Source: Octopus sinensis
Taxonomy: Eukaryota
Direction: 5' to 3'
Length of the DNA: 64,000 bases
Assembly (NCBI RefSeq): GCF_006345805.1
Contig: NC_042997.1
Location: 108,190,001-108,254,000, forward strand
Below the pieces are notes generated by a model. It searched no databases and was not told where the DNA came from. It saw only the letters and a program-made list of their open reading frames with translations. Both the position numbers and the translations under genes were made by a program. The stretch's first letter is position 1. Each line of letters starts with the position of its first letter. Shown in pieces: positions 26,382 through 38,236 of this stretch.

Positions 26382-27999
26382 GTACATATGTATATGTATA
26401 TATATATATATGCATATACATATGTATATAACGTATAAACATCTGATTACATTATTAAAAAAAAGAGAAACGAAACTCATTATGATTGACTCTTAATTAG
26501 AAGCTCCATTTTATTAATTAGCTCATTAATTAGGCTCTAATGTGTGTTTTCTATTTTAAACTCATTAAAAGATAAAATGAACAATAAAACCAATTCCTAG
26601 ACACAGTTGGAAGCTGTGCCGAGTTTCATGTATTTACCAAAATATATTCTTCCATAGTTCCTTCACATACAATTGCTCTCATTTTCCCGAATGCCTTTTA
26701 ATTATTTCTTCAACTTCGTTTAGCAAGATGTCATTAAGGTTTGGTATTTTCTTCACATCCGCTGACGGCCAAGTGAACAAAAACATTTTGATCTGTAAAT
26801 AAATGTTTCTGTTCAGGTGTCATCATCATCATTGTCATTGTCATCATTATTCATCACTCATTATCATTCTTCATCATTTATCATCAGTTCTAATTTTTCA
26901 TCATTCTTCACTCATTGTTCCTCTTCGTCGTCATCGTCATCATCACTACTGCCACCTTCATCCCCACCACCATCGCCACCACCACCACCACAACCCTCTT
27001 CCTTTTAATTCTACTGTGAACTCACTTTCTCCAAACTTGGATTCAGTCTAAGACATCACCAGCAAAGCTCTAACGCTTTACTGATTCCGAATTTTTAACT
27101 TCGAAATTTGTTTGATCAGAACTTCAGGAATAAATCATTCTAATTAATTTAATAGATATATTAATGAATATTTTTGCTGTTTTTTTTTATTTCTAAATAT
27201 GCTGAAACAATTTCTTTAAATTGAGAAAAACTAACATTTTTTTATCGTGTTGATGCCAGTCTGTTCATTCCATTAATTTCTGAATAAGAACCAGTCTGGG
27301 ACTGACCAAACTAGCAACCCTCTGTTTAGTGTGATAGAATTAGCAGCTAAATTCACCTCAAACTATAACCTTTCGTGTCAAAACAGAAGAAAAATGTCCT
27401 TCCAATTCCACCCTTTGTAAAAACAAAAGAGAGTCAGGGTGGGAAGCTTTTAATCAAGGATTGATTCAATCAGGCTTGACCTAGGGCTAAACAAGTCTAG
27501 CACAATGCCAAAAGTTTCTGACGTGAATAAACAAAAAGAACAATTAATTATCTGTAATTATTCTGGTAAATACATCTGGTTTAGATTATTTAAGACTTGA
27601 TGTCTTTGGCATCACAGTAATTATTCGACAATAATTGAGGTGCTTCATTAATAATGAATTTCAGAAAACTGTAATGTTTGTGTGGAGGGTAGAACAAAGT
27701 GTGTGGTGGTGGGAGTGTGTGGTTTTCTTATTATTATGCTGATACACAGGATGAGACATCGGCCACCACATGTTGATCTCTTACTTATGGAAAATCAGAG
27801 ACAATGTTCATATCAGATACTTGGAAAATACTAGACTTCGGGCAAAAGACCCAAAAAAACAAAGGGTTAGCAGAAGTGAGGGCTACAAGTCCTGTCAGTG
27901 AAGTTTCAGAGAAGGCCCCTAGGTGGTTTGGATTAAAAAAGCAGGCCAGTGGCTCGTGCTGTTGCTGCTGCTGAGTTGCAAGTTGGGATTTGATCAGCA

Positions 28000-28140
28000 T
28001 TGACTAGAGAAAACTGGAAAAGAAAGAGGGTCTGGTTGGTTGGATTCCGACTTCAGTCAGAACCGGAAAAATTGGACCCCATGTTACTGCTGTGGAGAAC
28101 ATTCATTCTGAGTCACCTGGATTCATGCTTCCAATTATTG
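28000..28140 (+). mobile_element. CR1/L2-group LINE RT-thumb fragment
   Basis: EKLDPMLLLWRTFILSHLDSCFQL aligns with RDKETMLTLWRAFVLSHLDYLSQLWSP of the 31411-32818 LINE. Confidence 0.65.
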
Positions 28141-28422
28141 TTGCTACAGAACATCATTCTCCGTCCCATGGATTCCAGCTCCCAATAATGGTTGCTACAG
28201 AGTTTCATTCTCCATCCTCTGTATTCCTGGTCGCAATAATGTTTGCCACAGAACATCATTCTCCGTCCCTTGGATTCCTGCTCAATATTATGTTTGCCAC
28301 AGCGTATCACTTTCCGTCCCCTGGGTTCCTGCTCCCTATAATGGTTCCCACAAAGTATCATTCTCCGTCCCCTGGATTGCTGCTCACAATAATGGTCGTC
28401 AAAGACGATCATTCTCCGTCCC
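28104..28422 (+). repeat. 51-bp minisatellite, 6 units plus 13 bp, derived from LINE sequence
   Basis: Units start at 28104, 28155, 28206, 28257, 28308, 28359 and 28410 (cattctccgtcccctggattcctgctc...). Confidence 0.92.
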
Positions 28423-28540
28423 AGATCCCTGTTAGCTCTATTAAATCAACTCTATTAAATCAATGCTAGACGCCCAGTAAACAGTTCTGCCCAAGGGCCC
28501 TTAATCCACTCAGTCTGTCCCTGGATGGTAGATATTGGCT

Positions 28541-28750
28541 TCAAATTTTGGCGCATGGCTAGCAAGTTCGGAGTAGATGATAAGCTGATTACATCAACCC
28601 CAAAGCTCGACTGGTACTTATTTTATTGACCCAGAAAGAATGAAAGACAAAGTCAACCTTGGTGGAATTTGAACTCAGAACATAAAGATGGACGAAATGC
28701 TGCTAAGCATTTTGTCCAGCATGCTAATGATTCTGCCAGCTCACCACCTT
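28541..28750 (-). mobile_element. SINE family A
   Basis: ctggtacttattttattgaccc...aaagtcaacctt...gaatttgaactcagaac...ctgccagctcacc. Confidence 0.8.
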
Positions 28751-29454
28751 TATAAGATGATTGATATCGATGACCAATAAACGATAGATACATGACAGGT
28801 GCTCTGCAGGTCCATGGTGGGGGGCCTGTTCATGACTGCATTAAATATTTAAAACAGTTGGTAAAAATGCTACAGGATCACTCAATGGCAATCGATGTTA
28901 ACGGTGGTAGTAGTAGTAGTAGTAGTAGTAGTGGACGTGGTGGCGGCGGCGGCGGCGCTATCCTCTTGTCACAAATTGTTACATCATTCAAACTATTTTC
29001 AGTCCCCGCCCCCTCTTAAATACAGGAAAACAGGTCAAACCGTTCGCTTTGTTCTCAGCCAAACCCAGCCACTGACTGGTCCCAGTTCAGTTTCGCTGGT
29101 TTTTATTTCACATTTTATACTATTTCGTCGTGAACTTATACTAACTTACCTCACAAGTTATACCAATTAATTTCACCTGCTGTTCTAATTAATCTCACAG
29201 ATTTTACTTACTAATTTCACGAGCTATACCAACCTTACAAGTTATATCAATTAATTTTACTAGTTATACTAATTAATAAGTTATACTAATTAATTTCCCT
29301 AGTCATAGATTACTATGAATTTCATTAGCTACCCTAATTTATCCTTAACAAAACTGTTAACTGCAAGTCCTTGCTGAGCCACAAGTTCCCCCTTCGAACC
29401 TCATTCAGCATTTATTAATTCCATAGCCATTAACCAGAATTATCTCTAAATCAT

Positions 29455-29778
29455 AGCAATCTTTTCTACTATAGATACAAGGCCTGCAATTTTGGTGAAG
29501 GGGTCTAATCAACTACACTGACCCCCCCCCCCCCATATTCAACTGGGTCTCATTTCATCGACCATGAGAAGATGAGAGGCAATGTTGGTTTCAGCAGAAT
29601 TTGTACTCAGAACGTCAAGACATGAAATGCCACAAAGTGTTTTGCCAGACATGCTAACGAGTCTACCAACTTTGCTGCCTTAATAATAATAATGATAGAC
29701 TTGACAAGCGGTACAAACCCCCGGTAGACGCAATATCTTCAATCAACAACCCCATGACATTGTATATGGTGCGACGTC

Positions 29779-29831
<53 letters not shown>

Positions 29832-30060
29832 TGATGATGATGGTGATTTAAAATTTTGGCACAAGGCCAGCAATTTCGTGGGAAGGGGTTAGTCGATGAC
29901 ATCAACACCAGTACTCAACTGGTACTTATTTTATCAACCCTGAAAGGATGACGGGCAAAGTTGACCTCAGCCGAATTCGAACTCAGAACATAAAGACAGA
30001 CGAAATGCCGCTAAGCATTTTGCGCTTTGCACAAATGATTCGACCAGCTCCCGCCGCCTT
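29455..30060 (-). mobile_element. Two SINE family A copies (about 29455-29680 and 29852-30060) separated by (TAA)n
   Basis: Both carry the acaaggcc..caattt tail and the family-A body. Confidence 0.72.
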
Positions 30061-30788
30061 TCCTGCCAGCTCGTTCCTAAATAGTAGACTTGGGTTAAGC
30101 TGTGGTTTGTTGTGTTTGAATTTAAGTGGGAACATTTGAAAATTGCCAGTTGTAAAAGATATTGTGTTGAAGACAATGGTGCGGGGGGGGGGGTAGTTGC
30201 TATAGTAACAACAATACTTGAGAAATCACTCGAGAGTTGGTAAAGGTGCTAAATGAGATATTTGGCATTTTTTTTCTTTTTCATAACAAAATTAATGAAT
30301 TGACTTGTTTTTGTCCCTTTATTTCGCTTTTTGCTTGTTTTGTTTTGATTTTCTTATATTTCGCATTTATTGTTGCACAACGAAGATCGCAATGGAGACA
30401 AAACGCATTTGTTGTTCAGTTCAATCACAAGGCAGAATTAGCATTTAAATATTATGGAGTTTATATATATATATATTATATATATATATATATATATAAT
30501 ATATATATATATATATTGAGAGAGAGAGAGAGAGATGCGATGTCTGTGTGTTCCTTTCAATGTAGATGGTCGTTGGATGTGCACGTGTGCGTGTGTGTGA
30601 GTGTGTGTGTGTGTGTGTGTATGTGTGTGTGTGTGTGTGTGTGTGCGTGTGTGTGTACCTGCGTGTGGTGACAGTGCTCATATTCACATAGACATTCTTC
30701 CTCTTTTTCATTCTGTATATATCTGTGTGTCTGTGTCTCTATATGTAAATAAGTAAACAGCTTGATCAATAGACAGATATACACACAC

Positions 30789-30836
<48 letters not shown>

Positions 30837-30851
30837 TCACATATATATATA

Positions 30852-30913
<62 letters not shown>

Positions 30914-31410
30914 CAGGTGAGCACATAGTGCAAAACAAGGTGGAAAAAATAGTACTCGAATACCAAGGTAGTGTAATATACTTTTTATTTAATTTTGTAG
31001 TTTAGATAAAAAGTATGTATATCCGTTGGGATATTTAAAAAATGGAAGTTAGTTTTCCGTGAAGTTTTTATTTCAACTCGTAATGCACTTCAATGTGCAA
31101 ATTTGAATGCAGTAACAAACTGAAACACTGCATAGGCAGTATGAATAGACTATGATAATTAATTAATTAATTAATTAATTAAAAAAAAAACCGATTATTT
31201 TATGTATGTATTCTCCATTTTTATTTATATTTATTTATATTGTTAAAATCTTTTCTTGTACATCGAAAGTAATGGAAACTTCTGCAGTGACAACTGGAAT
31301 TTCAGAAGTATAACGTGCTAATATTGAAGAAGAACTGACAATAAACGCGAGTACATATACAAATATGGAAGTTCCAAGATCGTAATCAATATAAAGCTAA
31401 ACTACTGTAC

Positions 31411-32818
31411 GCTTCAGCCATATGGCTGTGGTCATGCTGGAGCACCATCATGGTCTTTCTGATTTCCTCAGTCTGGATATTTCACATCACCACTCCTCTA
31501 TGTGCCTGTATCCAAGCTGTTGGTACATTTGGTGTATAATTGAGTTTGATTCCGCTGCCCTCGTCTGTACCTCATGTGGGGCTGTTGGTTTATCTGGCAT
31601 TGTGGAGAGGAGGATGTATAGTTCCTTTCTGAAGACATCTACTTCCAACTTATGCAGATTTAAAATTTTTTGTGGCAGAGAATTGAAGAGCCATGGGCCT
31701 TCGAATCCTAGACTATTGCAGTACCTGGTCCTGAATTTAGATGGAGTGGATGGTACCTTTGGTACAATACAATGGCAGCCAGTTCTGGCATTTGTATAAC
31801 ACTCAATGCGAAAGTTAGGGACTAGCCCTTCTAGGATTTTCCATATGTCTGTCATGCCTTTGCTCCAGGGAGTAGAGCTGTAGTTTTCTCCACCTATCCC
31901 TGTAGCTCATCCACTGCAATGTTTCAATCTTTTTACTGCTTCAAGCTCCGCTGTTTTTTTGGCAATATGTGGTGACCATAACTGGGAAAGGTAGTCCAGG
32001 TGGCTGAGAACAAAGGCTCTCCACAAGGTCAACATAGTTTCTTTGTCTCTTGTCTTGAATGACCTCAGTATCCATCCTGCTAATTGTCTGCACTTTGCTG
32101 CCATCTTGCTAATGTGCATAGGAAATGATACGTCATTGCACATACTGATCCCCAAGTCTTTCACTGAATGTGACTCCGGGATTGTAGTGCCTTCAGGTCC
32201 TGTAAATGTAGATTGTACTGTATTTGTGAGATGATAGTGCAGCGCTTGAAATTTTCCAGCATTAAACTGCATGTTCTTTATTTCGGTCCAGTTGTACATC
32301 GAATTCGGGTCCTGCTGTAAGCTTGCGACCTCATCTTGGATTTTATTGCCCGTGATAATTTTGTATCATCGGCATAGCTAGTGACAGTGGCTGTCCGAGT
32401 GACTGCGGGTACGACTAAGAGGGCTGTTATGAACAGTAATGGCCCCAGAGCATTTCCCCGGAGAACACCACTTAAGATTTGAGTTTCCTCAGAAAGGGTG
32501 TCATTGGCTGCAACTACCTGACTTCTGTTTTTAAGGAAGTCATGCAGCCACTCTCCCAGTTTACCAGAAATGTCAAGGTCTCGTAGCTTATGACTTATCA
32601 TGCCATGATCTACCTATCAAATGCCTTTGAGAAGTCAAAGTATATCACACTGACATCTGAATGGTCAAGCAGCTGTTTCAAAACCCAGTCATAGTGCTGT
32701 AGGAGCTGTGTGAGGCAGCTTCTTCCTGGGAAGAAGCCATGTTGTATATTGCTCAGTTGGATATTTTCTTCTGGGAACATTATCAACTTCTTTCTGATGA
32801 TTCACTCCATGACTTGTA
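31411..32818 (-). mobile_element. 5'-truncated CR1/L2-group LINE (RT and 3' UTR)
   Basis: QHGFFPGRSCLTQLL, VIYFDFSKAFD, SGV..G..LGPLLF, YADDTK, MQFNAGKF, KDLGI, LSHLDYLSQLWSPH; the 3' tail ends in the stem-loop cagcc-atat-ggctg. Confidence 0.92.
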
Positions 32819-32847
32819 CACACACACACACACACAAATATATATAT

Positions 32848-32935
<88 letters not shown>

Positions 32936-33014
32936 TTAAGGGTAGAAATTGATATTAGTCAATTAAAACCAGTGGTCTAGCATATTAAAAAGAATCCGAA
33001 GATTAAAATATTTA

Positions 33015-33373
33015 TATATACCAATTAAGGACTGAACACGAAAAGTGGACAGTCAACATGCTAGATATAGACGTCAAATCGCCATTCTCCACAAAGGTTA
33101 TGTTCTCAAAAAATAAAATTCACCACAAACCAAAGCAATAAATAAGACAAATGAAAATATACGAAATGAAATAATCACCTGTGTACCGATCGGTTTCAGT
33201 ACCGATCGGTACACAGGTGATTATTTCATTTCGTATATTTTCATTTGTCTTATTTATTGCTTTGGTTTGTGCTGAATTTTATTTTTTGAGAACATAACCT
33301 TTGTGGAGAATGGCGATTTGACGTCTATATCTAGCATGTTGACTGTCCACTTTTCGTGTTCAGTCCTTAATTG

Positions 33374-33380
<7 letters not shown>
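33015..33380. repeat. Near-perfect palindrome (180-bp arms, 6-nt loop), Penelope pLTR-derived
   Basis: Arms 33015-33194 and 33201-33380; one mismatch found by eye; the axis carries GAAA-CCGATCGG-TA, the 3' half of a hammerhead. Confidence 0.92.
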
Positions 33381-33419
<39 letters not shown>

Positions 33420-33426
<7 letters not shown>

Positions 33427-33610
33427 GGAAAGTTTACGAAAATAAACAAAAGACGAAGGCAGGTGGAGTACAAACAAACAAATGTATTAGTATAGCGCTC
33501 AGGAATAGAAAAAGTCTTTTAGGTTTCGAGCCTACGCTCTTCGACAGAAAGTTACACTGAAAAAAACAAGGAGAGAAAAAAATGCGTGTAGTGGCTAACG
33601 ATCTATCATG
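33420..33610 (-). mobile_element. pLTR-like repeat (same family as 52262-52440)
   Basis: Shared tagccactacac...ttctgt.ga.gagcgta.gctcgaaa...aaagactttttc...atactaatacat. Confidence 0.7.
33516..33551 (-). ncRNA. Hammerhead-like motif with non-canonical core CUGUCGA-A
   Basis: cttt-CTGTCGAA-GAGC gtag GCTC-GAAA-CC-TA-aaag. Confidence 0.45.
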
Positions 33611-33689
33611 GCGTCCTGACTTCGGACAGTGGTCAGACGCGAGAGGGACAGTAGGGGAGATAACAGGGTCAAGTGACTTCCAATATATA

Positions 33690-33910
33690 TGTAAATATAA
33701 TATGTGACAATTATTCGGTAGCCATGATAAAATTCCGAGTTTCGGATGTCGGGGCGGAAACCCACACCGCCATCTCTTCAGTTATCGGGCCATCGAAAAA
33801 TGCTTAATGGCACGATAACTGAAGAGATGGTGGCGTGGGTTTCCGCCCCGACATCCGAAACTCGGAATTTTATCATGGCTACTGAATAATTGTCACATAT
33901 TATATTTACA
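33690..33910. repeat. Palindrome (about 98-bp arms) with a hammerhead-like motif in each arm (33726-33786 on -, 33814-33874 on +)
   Basis: Arms 33690-33787 and 33813-33910. gataa-CTGAAGA-GATG...CATC-C-GAAA-CTCGGAA-TT-ttatc; the stem III C15.2/A16.2 mismatch weakens the call. Confidence 0.7.
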
Positions 33911-34010
33911 GATAAATTCCTCTATTTACATAATATCGAGGTCTCTTTCATTCTTTTGTTGTCTTACCATTTCTATCAATATCTATGTATCTCTCTCTCT
34001 CTCTCTCTCT

Positions 34011-34071
<61 letters not shown>

Positions 34072-34163
34072 ATATACATATATACATATACATACGTATA
34101 TATATACATATATATATATATATTATATATACATATGTATATATATATGCATACATATATATC

Positions 34164-34196
<33 letters not shown>

Positions 34197-34206
34197 CTAT
34201 ATATTA

Positions 34207-34251
<45 letters not shown>

Positions 34252-34276
34252 CATATATATAGATATACATATATAT

Positions 34277-34309
<33 letters not shown>

Positions 34310-34844
34310 CATTTGGAACCGGCTCCCTCCTCGGTGGAAGATTTATCATAATTAAAATATAGAACACACACACACACACACACATATATATAGGGCTTTA
34401 TATATATAACGTTTTTAACTCATTAAACTTAATGACTGAATGTTCGAACAATAAAAAAATCCACTTCAAAAATATACAAAATAGAATTGATGGATACGAA
34501 ATAAAGTTATTAGCATTTTTGTGGGTGTTGTAGGTAAATATTAGCCCCGGGGTAATTTAGCATTTACTGCTGCTATTCATTTTAGCATCAAGTGACTTAT
34601 GCAGGAGATTGCCAACAAAAACACACACAAAAACAAAAACAAAAAAGACAAAAAGGCTATATTTTTCATTGAGATTAATTAGACAGAATTCAACAGAAGT
34701 TTGGCCCCGGGCAGGTTCTCATTATACACAAAACATCAAAGAAATAGTACAAAAATAGCAAAAATCACAATAGAAACAAAACAATTCCAAACAATAATGA
34801 TTTTTAATGTCATTAAGAATATAATAATAATAATGATAATACTA

Positions 34845-35305
34845 TAGGCACAAGGCCTGAAATTTTGGGGGAGGGGACTAGTCGATTACATTAACCCCAG
34901 TGTTTCATTAGCATGCCGAGTGAAATGCTTAGCGGTATTTCGTCTGCCGTTACGTTCTGAGTTCAAATTTATTGACCCGGAAAGACAAAGTTGACCTTGG
35001 CAGAATTTGAACTCAGAACGTAAAGACGGACAAAATGTCATTAAGCATTTTGCCCGGCATGCTAATGATTCTTATTTCTTTATTGCCCGCAAGGGGCTAC
35101 ACACAGGGGGGACAAACAAGGACAGACAGACAGATTAAGCCGATTATATCGACCCCAGTGCGTAACTGGCACTTAATTTATCGACCCCGAAAGGATGAAA
35201 GGCAAAGTCGACCTCGGCGGAATTTGAACTCAGAACGTAACGGCAGACGAAATACCGCTAAGCATTTCACCCGGCATGCTAATGATTCTGTCAGCTCACC
35301 ACCAC
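34845..35305 (-). mobile_element. Head-to-tail SINE family A dimer
   Basis: Full copy about 35072-35305 fused at gctaatgatt|cttatttctttattgcc to a second, internally scrambled copy. Confidence 0.75.
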
Positions 35306-35308
35306 CAC

Positions 35309-35364
<56 letters not shown>

Positions 35365-35499
35365 GGCCCCACAAATTCTCACTTTTTTTTCTGGTGACTT
35401 AAGTTTGAGACCTGTTTTGGGGTAATTTGGGGTCACTGAGTTTTAAAATGACAATAGAATTTTTTTCTATCGCGTCTATTTCTTTTCCTATGGGCTGAC

Positions 35500-35815
35500 C
35501 CATATTGGCCCCATCCGTAGCTCCATGTTGAAAAAGACACCAACGCTCAGCCTACAACACCAAGGGCGAGCCGATGTCCAACAACAAAGTGTTTGAAGAT
35601 CTTCGCCAGGCACACTGCAAGAAACGCATGCGCCAGGTTCCGACGCCGTTTTGAGGTCATTGTGGAAGTCGGGAGCGGCTACTTTGAGTAAACTATCATC
35701 TCTCTTTGAGTAAACTGCAATCAAGTCGATTCTTTTTTGATTTGGGAAAATACTTTTATTCTGTGTTTTCTTTTCCTTTTGTGAAACTGTCAAATTTAAC
35801 TCCGAATACCCTCTA
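35500..35815 (+). mobile_element. Tc1/mariner (maT/DD37D-like) transposase C-terminus and 3' end
   Basis: VEKDTNAQP.NTK...RNACARFRRRFEVIVEVGSGYFE*; probable decayed TIR end ataccctcta near 35805-35814. Confidence 0.62.
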
Positions 35816-36174
35816 TCAAATGATTTGGGTTTTAACCTTGGTGTTTGCTATATTTAGCTTATTCACAGGACACGCAGTAAAATCATGGAAAATATAGAAA
35901 AAGTATTAAGTATGTCGGTGGATAATATTTCGCGACATCACTTGCCTCTTGTCTGAAACCATTATCCATCAAAAAAGCATTGAATTTATTTTATCAGTTG
36001 AAATAATATGAAGCTGAGGAAGTCAACCGTTTTTGCTTTCAGAGGATGATTTGAAACGCTCAAAGTGCGATCTTATCTTTCGGCATTCGAATAATCAGGC
36101 TATCAGCGTCTGTTGACATCTTAGAGAGCCAGTGTGTTTTTGTGGGTTATTATGTTTTATTTGTTGCATAAACT

Positions 36175-36308
36175 AAAGAAAGTCGCTGTGTAGTAAGACG
36201 TTCAGTCCCAGTGCATGGCACCTTGGGCAAGTCTCTTCTACTATAACCTCGGGTCGACTAACACCTTGTGAGTGGATATGACTGCTGGAAACTGAATGAA
36301 GCCCGTCG

Positions 36309-36346
<38 letters not shown>

Positions 36347-36899
36347 ACAGAATGTTCACCTAACTTGGGGCTGTGCGGACTATACCGAACTGGCAAGATG
36401 CCTCAATTTGAGTACCTAATTAAACTGAATCTTAATTATATATATATATATATATATAATATATATATATATAGGCGCAGGCGTGGCTGTTTAGTTAGAA
36501 GTTTGCTTCCCAACCAAATGCATGGCACCTTGGGCAAGTGTCATCTACTATAGCCTCGGGCCGACTAAAGCCTTGTAAGTGGATTTGGTAGACGGAAACT
36601 GAAAGAAGCCGTCCGTGTATGTGTGTGTGTATGTGTGTGTGTGTGTGTGTGTGTGTCGTGTGTATGTATGTATGTGTGTATATGTTTGTGTGCCTGCGTT
36701 TGTTCCCCACCACCACCATCGCTTGACAACCGATGTTTGGTATGTCTCCGTCCCCATAACTTAGCGGTTTGGCAAAAGTGACCGATAGAATAAGTAGTAG
36801 GCTTACAAAGAATAAATCTTGGGGTCAAATTGTTCGAGTAAACGTAGTGCCCCAGCATGGCCGCAGTCAAATGACTGAAACAAATAAAATAATAAAAGA

Positions 36900-36900
<1 letters not shown>
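36175..36900 (+). mobile_element. SINE family B: a 5' fragment (36175-36310) and a full copy (36476-36900) with internal (TG)n
   Basis: gcgcaggcgtggctgt...ggcaccttgggcaagtg...ccccagcatggccgcagtcaaatgactgaaac. Confidence 0.82.
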
Positions 36901-36935
<35 letters not shown>

Positions 36936-37530
36936 TAGAAAATGAGATGTTTGAGCATAAAATATATGCATATACACTCATTCACACATTAACGCTTAAT
37001 CTTTAAACTCTAGTGCGGTAATATAATTAACTGTGTATAAAATGAAATAACTCCTTTAACTGCATGCTTGCCAAAAACACTGAAGAGCGTCGTGAAAATA
37101 TAAGAGTTACTCCCCTTGAAATTTTGCTTCATCTCTGTTTACTTTTTTCAAAGATGGCGTCCTACTAACAGCAAAAAATTTTCTCTAATTGTAAGTCGAC
37201 AATCGTTGATCGTGAAACCGGTACTTATTTAATTTGTAATGATGTAATATGTTCCTAATATCACCATAAATTTTATTATCCAGACCTTCTGTGACTCTTA
37301 CATTTCTTTTCTTTTAGCAATAATAAATCTCTGAGCGAGATATAACAGTAGCTGCACGACATCGTGAAGTATATTTGCCACTTAAATGTAGCTAACCCTT
37401 AAGGGTGGATGCTACTGTAGCTTGTAGCCCCAGGAAGACACCTCCTCCAGTTGGCTATTGACACACTTACTATACCCTATCAGTATTTGCAAAGAGAAGC
37501 CATCCTTCCCATCTCCAACCTGACGTGATA

Positions 37531-37575
37531 CACACGGACCCGAGTTTCTGAGTATTGACCCTTCATCAGCGTGTG
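37531..37575 (-). ncRNA. Minimal type I hammerhead ribozyme
   Basis: cacacg-CTGATGA-A GGGT caat ACTC A-GAAA-C TCGG G-TC-cgtgtg; intact core, 6-bp stem I, GUC triplet. Confidence 0.82.
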
Positions 37576-37767
37576 ACAATCACCGGTTGTCGATGTGAAG
37601 TGGTTCCCAATGCAAATATACAGTATACAGTCGTGCAGCTACTGTTTATACCTCGTTCAGAGATTTATTATTGCTTGTTTACACTTTTTCGAGATCAGTG
37701 ACTTTTCGTCGCTGGGAAAAGGATATATGTATTTGAGAACCACTTCACATCGACAACCGGTGATTGT

Positions 37768-37812
37768 CACACGCTGACGACGGGTCAATACCCAGAAACT
37801 CGGGTCCGTGTG
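37768..37812 (+). ncRNA. Minimal type I hammerhead ribozyme
   Basis: cacacg-CTGACGA-C GGGT caat ACCC A-GAAA-C TCGG G-TC-cgtgtg; predicted cleavage after 37806. Confidence 0.82.
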
Positions 37813-37950
37813 TATCACGTCAGGTTGGAGATGGGAAGGATGGCTTCCCTTTGCAAATACTAATAGGATATAGAAAGTGTGTCAATAGCCAGCTGGAGGA
37901 GGTGTCTTCCTGGGGCTACAAGCTACATTTAAGTGGCAAATATACTTCAC

Positions 37951-38236
37951 GACAAGGTAGAAAATGCTAAAATAATTTTATCATGAAACACATTTTGTAC
38001 CGGTTTCAGTCTTTTCGACTTTTTCAGCTAAGGGTAAAACAAGAAAAACAATTAAGTTGAAGAAAAAATTAAATTATATGTTTTGTAAATATTTCCATAG
38101 TCTTCAAATAGGTAGGACATTTTCCTCTTTTCTTTCTCTCTTTTGCTTTGTGAAGACTCGATAGGTGGCAGATCTGAAGAAACAATGTCTTTGAGTGCAA
38201 AGAAATGTTTTGTTCTGAAGTTTGATGGTTTGATGC
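37951..38236 (-). mobile_element. Inverted pLTR at the 5' end of the Neptune-like element
   Basis: Reverse complement of the 43141-43430 and 2190-2560 family; contains a hammerhead at 37992-38031. Confidence 0.75.
37992..38031 (-). ncRNA. Degenerate minimal hammerhead motif
   Basis: ttag-CTGAAAA-AGTC gaaaa GACT-GAAA-CCGG-TA-caaaat. Confidence 0.6.

Larger units (their letters stand above)
37316..37952. mobile_element. Fold-back pLTR element with two hammerheads
   Basis: Arms 37362-37610 and 37733-37952 (the left arm has a ~29-bp extra segment). 37630-37675 is the reverse complement of 37316-37360. Confidence 0.85.

Noticed and set aside
28104-28422. Regularly spaced repeats resembling CRISPR
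   Set aside because: The whole 51-bp unit is homologous between copies; it is a LINE-derived minisatellite.
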